Positions 39,021 through 48,231 of a stretch of DNA of 64,000 nt are shown piece by piece. The translations under genes were made by a program, and so were the position numbers. Below the pieces are notes generated by a model, which made no database searches, was not told the DNA's origin, and was given only the letters and a program-made list of their open reading frames with translations. Every line of letters starts with the position of its first letter. Position 1 is the first letter of the stretch. Source of the stretch: Bacteroidota bacterium (GTDB lineage: Bacteria > Bacteroidota > Bacteroidia > AKYH767-A > OLB10); assembly GCA_947447155.1 (NCBI GenBank), contig CANFIN010000001.1, forward strand, positions 2,371 through 66,370. The letters run 5' to 3'.

Positions 39021-39869
39021 TTACCAAAGCTTTATTCTAAATGGCCGGCATTGGTCAATATAATGCTTTGAAAGGGTATAGGTAAGTTGAATTCCTGTGA
39101 AAGAATACCAGTCGCGGTTAGTGTTGTCCCCCCTTTGGCGACCAATATTACTTTTAGGGTTTTTTATTATCGATCTGTCGGATAAATAATATGCAGTTTT
39201 TCCATACTCAACACGAATTGCATTTGGATCAGCGTACACCCCGGAAACATCATCTAAATAATCGGTATATGTCTTTCTAACAATACTCTCCAATGACAGT
39301 CCCCATCGCCTGCCAATTTTACATTTTACTCCACCACCAAATACAAAAGCCAGATTCGTTTTTCGGTATAAGTTTTTATCAGGGTTCGCTGCAGTTCCTT
39401 GTCCTTCTGTGCCTAAGGGTTGCAATTCAATATAACTACCATTATACAATGCTTTGGGATTAAATCTGAAAATGGATAATCCTACTGCAAGATAGGGGGT
39501 AGCAATTGTTGAAGGATTTGAAGTTTGGTAAGGGAAAAAGTTGAACTCTATTTGACCGGTACCTTCTAAAATGGCACTACGAAAATTTAAATTTCTATTC
39601 ATGCAAAACTCGTCATTTGATTGAGCATCATCCGCTTTAATATGTCCGTAGCTTATGCCTGTTTTAAATGCCCAATGATTACTGTAACTTCTTCTGTATA
39701 AGAAGCCGATACCCAACTGATTATTTTTAGTGTCATACATGGGTTGATGTAAATCGCCCTTGTAATTCATAGCTCCAATCATTATCCCCATTTCACGAGA
39801 CTGGCCTTTTACAATGGCAGTTAGAAAAATTGTAAATGACAGAATAAGTATTGCAACTTTCTTAAACAT
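39021..39869 (-). CDS. DUF6089-like outer-membrane beta-barrel protein
   Basis: Start taken at ATG 39869 (MFKKVAILILSF... signal peptide; the track start is a TTG). IELQPLGTEGQ loop and YTDYLDDVSGVY motif are shared with its paralogues. Confidence 0.65.
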   Translation of the reverse strand: MFKKVAILILSFTIFLTAIVKGQSREMGIMIGAMNYKGDLHQPMYDTKNNQLGIGFLYRRSYSNHWAFKTGISYGHIKADDAQSNDEFCMNRNLNFRSAILEGTGQIEFNFFPYQTSNPSTIATPYLAVGLSIFRFNPKALYNGSYIELQPLGTEGQGTAANPDKNLYRKTNLAFVFGGGVKCKIGRRWGLSLESIVRKTYTDYLDDVSGVYADPNAIRVEYGKTAYYLSDRSIIKNPKSNIGRQRGDNTNRDWYSFTGIQLTYTLSKHYIDQCRPFRIKLW

Positions 39870-39914
39870 TTTGGAATAACGCTCTTGAAGTTTAGATATT
39901 GCGAAATACAATGA

Positions 39915-40823
39915 TTAGAATACTGGGAAGTTAGTACGGCCAGTTCTTAGTTTATAATGGAAACTAAACATTAAAAACATATAGGCGTCTTTATTTGTCG
40001 CATCACCTCGCTGTGACCCTAAATCACTTTGAGGCGTTGATGTGTTAAGACTAGGATCAGATAAGATACCTGCTACTTGACCATTTGCTTGTGCAATAGC
40101 ATTTTTGTCGTAGTATGTTTTGCTTACATCATCAATATAATCAGTAAATGTTTTTCTGATTCCAAATTCAACTCCAAACCCCATTCTTCTATTGAAGAAA
40201 TATCTTCCACCAATACCAACCGGAATACATAATTGCGTTCTTTTATATTTGGTTCTTCCCTCTGAAATTCCTTGACCTTCTGTTCCTAGTGGCTGCAGAT
40301 TATACCATTTATCATTGTATTGGCCTTGCGGATTGAAATGAAACACACCAACTCCAGCAAATAAATATCCAAGGGCTTCAAAGGAACTAGATCTTTTAAT
40401 TCCTCTTAGGCGGTAAACACCACCTTGTCTTGAAGAAATAATCGAATACTCTAAATTTATATTCGCCTCATAAATATTTGATTTGAAATTTAAATTTCTA
40501 TTGTTTCTAAAATATTCAGCTGTTAATTTATCATCACCCCTTACTTGGCCATATGTTGCATGTGTATGAAGTGCTAGTGACTCTGTTATTTTGTATTTCA
40601 GTCCAAGTGTTAAAGCCGGACGAGTTAATGAAAGTTCTAAATCTTTAAAACCATTGGTTCCTATTTGATTAGCTCCGCCTAAATCACCCAAGAAATTGGC
40701 TGCCCCAACACCTGCACTCCATTCGTAACGATATGCCTTCCATCTTGAACGAAGTCGTTGTGCATTTGAAACAGTAGAAAGTAAGATAATGAGGGGTAGA
40801 GCTAGAAGTAATTTATTTTTCAT
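39915..40823 (-). CDS. DUF6089-like outer-membrane beta-barrel protein
   Basis: Signal peptide (LIILLSTVSNAQ), YNLQPLGTEGQ loop, FTDYIDDVSKTY motif, C-terminal ...NFPVF. Confidence 0.65.
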   Translation of the reverse strand: MKNKLLLALPLIILLSTVSNAQRLRSRWKAYRYEWSAGVGAANFLGDLGGANQIGTNGFKDLELSLTRPALTLGLKYKITESLALHTHATYGQVRGDDKLTAEYFRNNRNLNFKSNIYEANINLEYSIISSRQGGVYRLRGIKRSSSFEALGYLFAGVGVFHFNPQGQYNDKWYNLQPLGTEGQGISEGRTKYKRTQLCIPVGIGGRYFFNRRMGFGVEFGIRKTFTDYIDDVSKTYYDKNAIAQANGQVAGILSDPSLNTSTPQSDLGSQRGDATNKDAYMFLMFSFHYKLRTGRTNFPVF

Positions 40824-40909
40824 AACTGAGCGACAATAGTCTTACGGACAAAAATAACATTTTCGCTCAAAAATCAGATAATTTTTATAAAAATACTAAG
40901 AATAATATA

Positions 40910-41788
40910 CTAGTTCCTTGAGTCGAGGCCCCAATTAAGTTTTTTTCTTAGCGTGTCAAGGAAATTGTCGTTGCCGATCCGTACTAGGTTCATCGTAAAA
41001 TCGGACTTTTTTATCGCTAATGAAACGGTAGAGTCGATAGTTACTGATCTGGCATCCAAAGAAGCAATAAAATATTGAGATCTGCCTTCCACTTCTAATG
41101 AAATCACATTTTCGTCAGATACAACAATTGGTCTTACATTTAGGTTATGAGGAGCAATAGGTGTAATAACAAAATTCTCTGAGTATGGTGCTATGATTGG
41201 TCCGCCACAGCTTAATGAATAACCCGTTGAGCCTGTTGGTGTAGCTATAATTAACCCATCCGCCCAATAGGAATTTAAATATTCACCGTTTATAAACGTG
41301 TTTATGATAATCATACTCGAACTATCTTTTTTGTGAATAGTTAATTCATTTAAAGCATAATTCACATCACCAAATAAGTTAATACTGGAATCAAGTTTTA
41401 ATAATCTCCGCTTGTCTAATGTGTAATGTCCTTTGAATAACGAATCGAGGCATTGCGTTATTTCTTGCTTCGAAATGCTTGACAAAAAACCTAGTCTTCC
41501 AACATTAATTCCTAATACGGGTATTCCACTATCTTGAACCTGAGTCAAGGTATCGAGGATGGTGCCATCGCCACCAATACTAAATAGAAAATCTACTTTA
41601 CCTCTTATTTCTGAACCGGAATTATAAAGTTCGAAATGAGTTAGTTGTTTAACTGATGACTTTAATTGATTGAATAGTGGTTGATAAATTATTGGCATTG
41701 CACCTTGACTCAAAATTTCTTCAATAAGTTGAATAGCAACTCCGTGATTGGATTCTGATAATTGACGGGCGTAAAGTGCAATCTTCAT
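40910..41788 (-). CDS. nadK: NAD+ kinase
   Basis: GGDGT motif, NVGRLGFL, TPTGSTGYSLS. 292 aa. Confidence 0.9.
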   Translation of the reverse strand: MKIALYARQLSESNHGVAIQLIEEILSQGAMPIIYQPLFNQLKSSVKQLTHFELYNSGSEIRGKVDFLFSIGGDGTILDTLTQVQDSGIPVLGINVGRLGFLSSISKQEITQCLDSLFKGHYTLDKRRLLKLDSSINLFGDVNYALNELTIHKKDSSSMIIINTFINGEYLNSYWADGLIIATPTGSTGYSLSCGGPIIAPYSENFVITPIAPHNLNVRPIVVSDENVISLEVEGRSQYFIASLDARSVTIDSTVSLAIKKSDFTMNLVRIGNDNFLDTLRKKLNWGLDSRN

Positions 41789-41822
41789 ATTGTAAAGGTA
41801 CTGTTTTCAATTAATTTATTAC

Positions 41823-43232
41823 TTAAAAGGCTGCACCAACTCTAAAAAACAATCCAGACTCATGCAACTTATTAAATGCATACTCAAATCTGAAAACTAA
41901 ATCGTAATAAGTTACATAATCATACCCAATCCCATAAGCGTATTGAAATTGGTTGGATAAGTAGTTGTATTGGTTATAGTATTTGTCTTGAACATATCCC
42001 GCATCAGCAAAAAAATTGATGTACATTGCTATAGGTATTTCATTGAATTTTTCTGATTTCAAAATTGATGTTTTATAAATACGCTTTTTCATCAGTGTAT
42101 ATTTTAGTTGCGATTTCAGAAGAAAATAATTTTGGCCATTCAAAACATAATAGTCATAGCCTCTTAAATAATCTTGTCCATATCCAATAGCTCTTTGATT
42201 TGAAAATGGAGCTTTTGATATTTGTGTAAGGCGTGCTTTAGCCATTGATGAAAAATTAAAACAATCATTTATTTTAAAGTACTTTCGGTAACCAGCAGAA
42301 ATCGCCATTATATCGGGCTCGTTTTTTAATATTGCAAACCCGCTTCTGAATACATCAAATTCAAAATAGGTGCCTTTTAGGGCATAGGGTTGGTAATCTC
42401 TTTTATCATAACGATAGCCCCAAGACAACGTTAAAGTTTGTTGTGATGTTGAACTGTTTATAAAAAAGGAAGGGTTAAGCATCAATACAGAATCGATTGT
42501 TCGATTTCTGCGGTACTCCAGTCCAGTTATGAAGTAATTGTAAATACCTTTTCTCTTATTAACTCTTACATAACTAGAAAAATCTTTTCTGACATACAAA
42601 TCTTCGTTTCTATAAAACTGCAATTTGTCATTTTTTACATCGTATGCTATTTCATGATTTTGAGTTACATATAATCCAGCCGACAATCCAAGATTTTGCT
42701 TTCTGTTAAGATAAGGAATTGTATAGCTTAATCCGATTCTATTTGTATAGCCAAAAATAAACTGCACTTGTAAAATTTCATCTCTTCCTCTAAAGTTTTC
42801 TTGACGCAAATAAAAACCATAATTTGTTCTGCTGATATCTTTTTTTTGTGCCCATTCATTCAGATTTCGATCTGCAATTTCAAAAACAGGTATAGGCCAT
42901 AAATACCATCGTTCCTTTACATTAATGTAAACCAATGTTGAAGTAGAATCTTCATTTATGTAGTTTATCTCAACAAAGTTGAATAAGCCTGTGTTCATTA
43001 GATTCTCTTTGCACTTACTAATTACACTATCTAAGTTCTTTACACTTTCGTTTTTACAAAATGTTAGTTCTCTTAGTATTATATTCGATTTTGTTTTTTT
43101 ATTGCCAATAATTAGAATGTCCCTAATAAAAGCATCTGGTTTTTCATTCGTAGAATTAAATGAGTAAGCAGAATTAGCAATGGATATAAAAACAATTAGG
43201 ACGGCAATAAATTTTGAAATATTTGATTTCAC
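41823..43232 (-). CDS. Omp85-superfamily protein (single POTRA-like domain + surface-antigen beta-barrel)
   Basis: GTG start and signal peptide. POTRA-like segment (IRDILIIGNKKTKSNIILRELTF...). Barrel ending ...GLFFRVGAAF. Confidence 0.6.
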   Translation of the reverse strand: MKSNISKFIAVLIVFISIANSAYSFNSTNEKPDAFIRDILIIGNKKTKSNIILRELTFCKNESVKNLDSVISKCKENLMNTGLFNFVEINYINEDSTSTLVYINVKERWYLWPIPVFEIADRNLNEWAQKKDISRTNYGFYLRQENFRGRDEILQVQFIFGYTNRIGLSYTIPYLNRKQNLGLSAGLYVTQNHEIAYDVKNDKLQFYRNEDLYVRKDFSSYVRVNKRKGIYNYFITGLEYRRNRTIDSVLMLNPSFFINSSTSQQTLTLSWGYRYDKRDYQPYALKGTYFEFDVFRSGFAILKNEPDIMAISAGYRKYFKINDCFNFSSMAKARLTQISKAPFSNQRAIGYGQDYLRGYDYYVLNGQNYFLLKSQLKYTLMKKRIYKTSILKSEKFNEIPIAMYINFFADAGYVQDKYYNQYNYLSNQFQYAYGIGYDYVTYYDLVFRFEYAFNKLHESGLFFRVGAAF

Positions 43233-43241
43233 TTCCTTGGC

Positions 43242-43904
43242 TTAAATATTAAGGTAGTGCATAAGTGAATCATATCGACCTTTTAAGTCATCATTGAATT
43301 CACTTTGAGAAAAGGAATTAATTATGGTATAATTGTATCTATAAAAAGCAGCAAGAATTCTTGACAAATCTACTTTGTCGATTTTTAAAGTAACTTCTAT
43401 TTTTTGTGGGTTGTTGGTTGCAGATACACTGGCACTTAAAATATGTCCACCATCCGATTCTATAATTTGTCCAATAAGGCTCATTGAATAATCTCTGAAC
43501 GGCATTTCGAGTACAATAATTCCACCCGGCATGTAGACGCTTTTACTTTCAGCGAAATAAGCAACTAAATCGTTAACCGTTACTAATCCAACGTAGTTGT
43601 TTTCATCATTGATAACAGGAACGATATCCAACTTGTTGAGGGTGACAATTTTTGTTAACTCATAAACATGCTGATTTTCGAAAACGGAGATCTTTGAAAG
43701 TTTAATTTCAGAATCTTTTATTAGTACTTGATTTAATTCAGCCTTGGCAATATCTGTTTTGTGAATTATGCCCAAATATGTTGTGCCATCAATTACAGGA
43801 AGTGCATTTACACGAAGTTCATCCATCCAAATTAATGCTCTTCCACAAGTGTCGGATAACTTCAGAGGGGGAATACTATCAGTAATTAAATTCGAAGCAA
43901 ACAT
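43242..43904 (-). CDS. CBS-domain pair protein with a C-terminal ACT-like domain
   Basis: Two CBS-type repeats (LPVIDGTTYLGIIHKTDI; VPVINDENNYVGLVTVNDL). 220 aa. Confidence 0.7.
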   Translation of the reverse strand: MFASNLITDSIPPLKLSDTCGRALIWMDELRVNALPVIDGTTYLGIIHKTDIAKAELNQVLIKDSEIKLSKISVFENQHVYELTKIVTLNKLDIVPVINDENNYVGLVTVNDLVAYFAESKSVYMPGGIIVLEMPFRDYSMSLIGQIIESDGGHILSASVSATNNPQKIEVTLKIDKVDLSRILAAFYRYNYTIINSFSQSEFNDDLKGRYDSLMHYLNI

Positions 43905-44032
43905 GGTTTCTTTAACGATTATAGATGAAAAATGTTATCTATTTCAACAAACATAGTATTTTCGCCTAATAAAACAGGGCTTTAGACGCTAATTTATTAA
44001 CGATTTTATACAATAATATTAAAATACCAATA

Positions 44033-44749
44033 ATGACTAAACTAAGTGTCAATATAAATAAAATTGCAACAATCAGAAATGCAAGAGGTGGAAGCATTCC
44101 TGATGTTGTAAAAGCCGCTGTTTTTATCGAAAATTGCGGGGCGCATGGTATAACAGTACATCCGCGACCCGATCAACGCCATATTCGTTATGCAGATATT
44201 TATAATCTTAAAAAGGTAATTAAAACAGAGTTCAATATTGAAGGAAATCCAACTCAGGAATTTATTAAAATTTGTAAAGATGTTTGTCCAGAACAAATAA
44301 CATTAGTGCCCGATTCTCCAGATGTTTTAACATCAAATGCAGGATGGGATACAATAAAAAATCGCAATTTTTTATTTGATACTATTCACGAATTAAAGGA
44401 AATTGGAAGTCGCATTTCAATTTTTATCGACCCAAATGTAGATATGATCTATGCAGCCAAAGAAACGGGCTGTGATAGAATTGAACTGTATACCGAATCA
44501 TATGCTGCAAATTTTATAAAAGCAAAAGAGGAAGCTGTTCATCCTTATCGGCTAGCTGCTGATGCTGCAATAAGTAGTGGATTAAAAATAAATGCAGGGC
44601 ATGATTTATCACTAGAAAACCTAAATTATTTTATAAATATCATACCCGAAATTGAAGAGGTGAGTATAGGTCACGCACTAATTAGCGATGCGCTTTATTG
44701 GGGTTTGGAAAAGACAATTGCAGCTTACTTGAAAGAATTAAAATTATAG
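44033..44749 (+). CDS. pdxJ: Pyridoxine 5'-phosphate synthase
   Basis: LSVNINKIATIRNARG, ITVHPRPDQRHI and NAGHDL motifs. 238 aa. Confidence 0.95.
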   Translation: MTKLSVNINKIATIRNARGGSIPDVVKAAVFIENCGAHGITVHPRPDQRHIRYADIYNLKKVIKTEFNIEGNPTQEFIKICKDVCPEQITLVPDSPDVLTSNAGWDTIKNRNFLFDTIHELKEIGSRISIFIDPNVDMIYAAKETGCDRIELYTESYAANFIKAKEEAVHPYRLAADAAISSGLKINAGHDLSLENLNYFINIIPEIEEVSIGHALISDALYWGLEKTIAAYLKELKL

Positions 44750-44751
44750 TT

Positions 44752-44952
44752 TTATTCTCCCTTTTTTCTGGGGTCAAATACAAATTTTTTATAGCCAGTA
44801 ATAATTATCACGGCATAAATAAACCAGCTAGTATATTTGTTTAATGGCAATTGAAATAATAATGTTTCTGTTTCTATTTTCTTAAAAACATAAGTTGATA
44901 TTATAACAATAACTAAGTATAACATCCAATAATAAATCCGATTTTTGCTCAT
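44752..44952 (-). CDS. Small two-helix membrane protein (66 aa)
   Basis: Two hydrophobic helices. It starts 2 nt after the serA-like stop. Coding status is unverified. Confidence 0.35.
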   Translation of the reverse strand: MSKNRIYYWMLYLVIVIISTYVFKKIETETLLFQLPLNKYTSWFIYAVIIITGYKKFVFDPRKKGE

Positions 44953-44954
44953 TG

Positions 44955-46154
44955 CTAATTTAAATTACGAGTGCGAATTGTGTATTTTACATTTTGTAAT
45001 TCTTTCATTAATTGCAAGCTGCTTTTTTTATCAATATCTAGAGCCACATAACCAATGTTATTATTTGTTTGCAGATATTGGCCAAGTATATTAACTTTCA
45101 TATGAGAAATCACACCATTAATTTCACTTAATACTCCTGGTACATTTTGATGAATATGTAATATTCTAAAAGCGTTTTTCAGATAGGGTAAATTTATTTC
45201 TGGAATGGTTAAGCACCCTAAACTCGAACCTGATTTTGAAAAGGTGATTAGTTTTTCAGCAACATCAACACCGATGGCCTCTTGTGCTTCTAATGTGCTT
45301 CCGCCAATATGTGGAGTTAAAATGGTGTTTGGCAAATGTTGTAATGGCGATTTAAAAATATCCTTGTTTGTTTTTGGTTCTTCAGGGAATACATCAACTG
45401 CTAGTCCTGATATATGTTTTGCTTTTATTGCATTTTTTACTGCATTTAAATCTAATACATCACCGCGACTTAAATTAATAAGATGAACTCCTTTTTTCAT
45501 CATTTTGATTTTTTGGACGTTGATTAAATTTCTTGTTTCATTATTTCCGGGTATATGCAATGTAATTACATCTGATTTCTTAAGTAGATCATCCATTGAT
45601 TTGCAAGACTCTGCGTTTCCTAGCGCTAATTTGTTGCTAACATCAAAGTAGATTATTTTCATTCCCATCGATTCAGCTAAGATTGATACCTGAGAACCAA
45701 TATGCCCATATCCAATAATGCCTAATGTTTTCCCTCTTAGTTCAAAACAACCATCACTTTCCTTAAGCCAAATGCCTTTATGTGCAGCATTGTTTTTTTC
45801 CGGTATTCTTCTTAGCAATGATATGCAAAGTCCAATTACTAATTCAGCAACTGATCTTGTATTTGAAAATGGTGAATTAAAGACTGCAATTCCTTTTTCG
45901 GTTGCAGCTTTCATATCTATTTGATTGGTTCCAATACAGAAGGCGCCAATTGCTAAAAGATTATTAGCGCGGTCTAAGACTTTCTTTGTGATTTGAGTTT
46001 TCGAACGAATGCCTAAAATAGAAACATCTGAAATTTTATTAATCAATTCTTTTTCAGAAATAGATCCTTTAATTATTTCAATGTGGTTGAATCCATTTTT
46101 TTTAAATAATTCAATAGCCGTAGGATGAATATTTTCTAGAAGAAGCACTTTCAT
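44955..46154 (-). CDS. serA: D-3-phosphoglycerate dehydrogenase (2-hydroxyacid dehydrogenase + ACT domain)
   Basis: NAD fold GIIGYGHIGSQV, catalytic R/E/H region (LSRG...TPHIGGST), C-terminal ACT-like segment (ILHIHQNVPGVLSEING). Confidence 0.75.
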   Translation of the reverse strand: MKVLLLENIHPTAIELFKKNGFNHIEIIKGSISEKELINKISDVSILGIRSKTQITKKVLDRANNLLAIGAFCIGTNQIDMKAATEKGIAVFNSPFSNTRSVAELVIGLCISLLRRIPEKNNAAHKGIWLKESDGCFELRGKTLGIIGYGHIGSQVSILAESMGMKIIYFDVSNKLALGNAESCKSMDDLLKKSDVITLHIPGNNETRNLINVQKIKMMKKGVHLINLSRGDVLDLNAVKNAIKAKHISGLAVDVFPEEPKTNKDIFKSPLQHLPNTILTPHIGGSTLEAQEAIGVDVAEKLITFSKSGSSLGCLTIPEINLPYLKNAFRILHIHQNVPGVLSEINGVISHMKVNILGQYLQTNNNIGYVALDIDKKSSLQLMKELQNVKYTIRTRNLN

Positions 46155-46266
46155 ATTACAATTTTAAGATAATCTGCAATCTAAACATTCTTACGGTAAT
46201 ATTTTTTTTAACACTTAAGCGTGGTAACTCAACCTAATTTAATTTATTGTAAATTCTATTTTCAAT

Positions 46267-46274
46267 TATATTTG
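46267..46274 (+). promoter_or_regulatory. Candidate -7 promoter box (TATATTTG) for fbp
   Basis: Exact TAnnTTTG match ending 17 nt upstream of the fbp ATG (46292). Confidence 0.4.
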
Positions 46275-46291
46275 TGAGAAATAAATAATCC

Positions 46292-47320
46292 ATGCTTACA
46301 CTTAAGCCACTTCGTCGTTTTATTACTCTTGGTCAATTTATCATTGAGCGTCAAACAGATTTTCCTTATGCAAAGGGAGAGCTGTCTCGCTTACTTCGTG
46401 ATATTGGTATTGCAGCTAAATTAGTAAACAGAGAAGTTAATAAAGCAGGTTTAGCAGATATCCTTGGCGATATGGGCGAAACAAATGTGCAAGGAGAAGA
46501 TCAAAAAAAGCTAGATGTTTATGCCAATGAACAATTTATTAACGCACTGCGTTCAGGGGGAGAATGTTTAGCTGTTGCATCAGAAGAGAATGAAGATTTA
46601 ATTGAAATTGAAAGTCCTGTTTCTCAAAATGCAAAGTATGTAGTTTGTATTGATCCGCTAGATGGGTCTTCAAATATTGATGTTAATGTGAGCATTGGAA
46701 CTATTTTTTCGATTTATAGAAGAAAAAATGATAGAACTGGTTCTACAACAATAGAAGACTTTATGATTAAAGGTTCAGAGCAAGTTGCAGCAGGCTATGT
46801 TATTTATGGATCAAGTACGATGCTTGTTTATACGACTGGTAAAGGTGTAAACGGATTTACACTAGATCCGTCTATTGGAGAATTTTGTTTGTCGCATCCT
46901 GATATGAAGATTCCTGAGGAAGGATTATTGTATAGTATTAATGAAGGCAACTACATGCATTTTCCAAATGGAGTTAAGAAGTACATCAAATATTGTCAAG
47001 AAGAGGACAAAGCCACTAATCGTCCTTATTCTTCTCGTTACATTGGATCTTTAGTAGCTGACTTTCATAGAAACATGATTAAAGGCGGAATTTATATTTA
47101 TCCATCAACAGGTAAATCTCCTAACGGTAAATTGCGTTTGCTTTATGAAGCTAATCCTCTTGCATTTATTGCCGAACAAGCAGGTGGTAAGGCAAGCAAT
47201 GGCTTCGATAGAATTCTAGACGTGCAGCCAGAGTCTTTGCATCAGCGAGTACCATTGTTTATTGGTTCAAATAAAATGGTAGAAAAAGCAGAAGAATTAA
47301 TGAGAACTTTTAGCGCTTAA
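46292..47320 (+). CDS. fbp: Fructose-1,6-bisphosphatase class 1
   Basis: [10 protein letters not shown] metal-binding motif and [21 protein letters not shown]. 342 aa. Confidence 0.95.
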   Translation: MLTLKPLRRFITLGQFIIERQTDFPYAKGELSRLLRDIGIAAKLVNREVNKAGLADILGDMGETNVQGEDQKKLDVYANEQFINALRSGGECLAVASEENEDLIEIESPVSQNAKYVVCIDPLDGSSNIDVNVSIGTIFSIYRRKNDRTGSTTIEDFMIKGSEQVAAGYVIYGSSTMLVYTTGKGVNGFTLDPSIGEFCLSHPDMKIPEEGLLYSINEGNYMHFPNGVKKYIKYCQEEDKATNRPYSSRYIGSLVADFHRNMIKGGIYIYPSTGKSPNGKLRLLYEANPLAFIAEQAGGKASNGFDRILDVQPESLHQRVPLFIGSNKMVEKAEELMRTFSA

Positions 47321-47325
47321 TTTTT

Positions 47326-48231
47326 TTGGTTGAATTAAAAGGACAAAAAGACACATATTTTTTTGATGAGGATAGACCTTTAACACGTCCTGGCAAATTT
47401 AGTGTTGTATTTAAAGGCGAAAACAAATTAGGCAAATCGTTTTTAATTAAAAAAGTAAATTTTCAATTTGCTTCACAGATTTATCAAAGTAATATTAATC
47501 ATCCTGCTTTTGTTAAAACAATTGAATGGATAGACGATTTTAATGGACATTATATTATAAGACCCTTCGTTGAAGGAAATCCATTGTCTTTTTTTCTGAA
47601 CTATAATTGGTTTCTTTCAAAATCGCGTCTTGCTATTCTTAAAAAAATTATTGTTCAAATCGGGGATGCACTCAGTTGTTTGCATCATCAACACCTCGTG
47701 CACTTAGATATTCGTCCACATAATATTATCATAAGCAATATTGATAGCCTTGAAAATGTAAAGGTGTTTATTATTGATTTAGAAATGATGCGACCATTTT
47801 ATCATAGTGAAGTCATTACAGTATTTCCATTGATTTATGCTGCCCCGGAATTGTTGCTAAAACGAAATAAAGTAATCGATCAGCGAACAGATATTTATGC
47901 ATTGGCAATAACATTATATGAAACGATTTATAACAAACGCCCCTTTGAATGCAAAAACCCTGAACTGATTATGCATCTTATGTTGAATAAGAAATTAGAA
48001 TCGAATAATTATCGAAATGAGGCGCTGATTGAGGTATTGAATAAAGCAAGTAGTAAATCAATATTCAAATTACCACCTTCAAAAGTATCTAATCATGAAA
48101 TCGATGAAATTCTTGTAACGGGAATGCATAACCGTTATGCAACTATTGATATTTTTATTCAAGAATTATTGTCAGTACTCAACTATAATGATTCACTAAG
48201 AAATCGTTTACTGCAATTCTTTTATCGCTAA
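47326..48231 (+). CDS. Atypical eukaryotic-like Ser/Thr protein kinase domain protein
   Basis: Catalytic loop HLDIRPHN, DLE in the DFG position, AAPELL (APE), Lys in FLIKK. TTG start 5 nt after the fbp stop. No in-frame ATG before codon 154. Confidence 0.55.
   Translation: MVELKGQKDTYFFDEDRPLTRPGKFSVVFKGENKLGKSFLIKKVNFQFASQIYQSNINHPAFVKTIEWIDDFNGHYIIRPFVEGNPLSFFLNYNWFLSKSRLAILKKIIVQIGDALSCLHHQHLVHLDIRPHNIIISNIDSLENVKVFIIDLEMMRPFYHSEVITVFPLIYAAPELLLKRNKVIDQRTDIYALAITLYETIYNKRPFECKNPELIMHLMLNKKLESNNYRNEALIEVLNKASSKSIFKLPPSKVSNHEIDEILVTGMHNRYATIDIFIQELLSVLNYNDSLRNRLLQFFYR

Noticed and set aside
47311-47330. Whether the kinase-like ORF is a frameshifted C-terminal extension of fbp or a pseudogene fragment.
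   Set aside because: fbp ends with a full-length canonical C-terminus. The kinase frame is closed by a TAG at 47311-47313 and then stays open for the whole kinase domain, so I keep it as a separate CDS with a TTG start, at moderate confidence.
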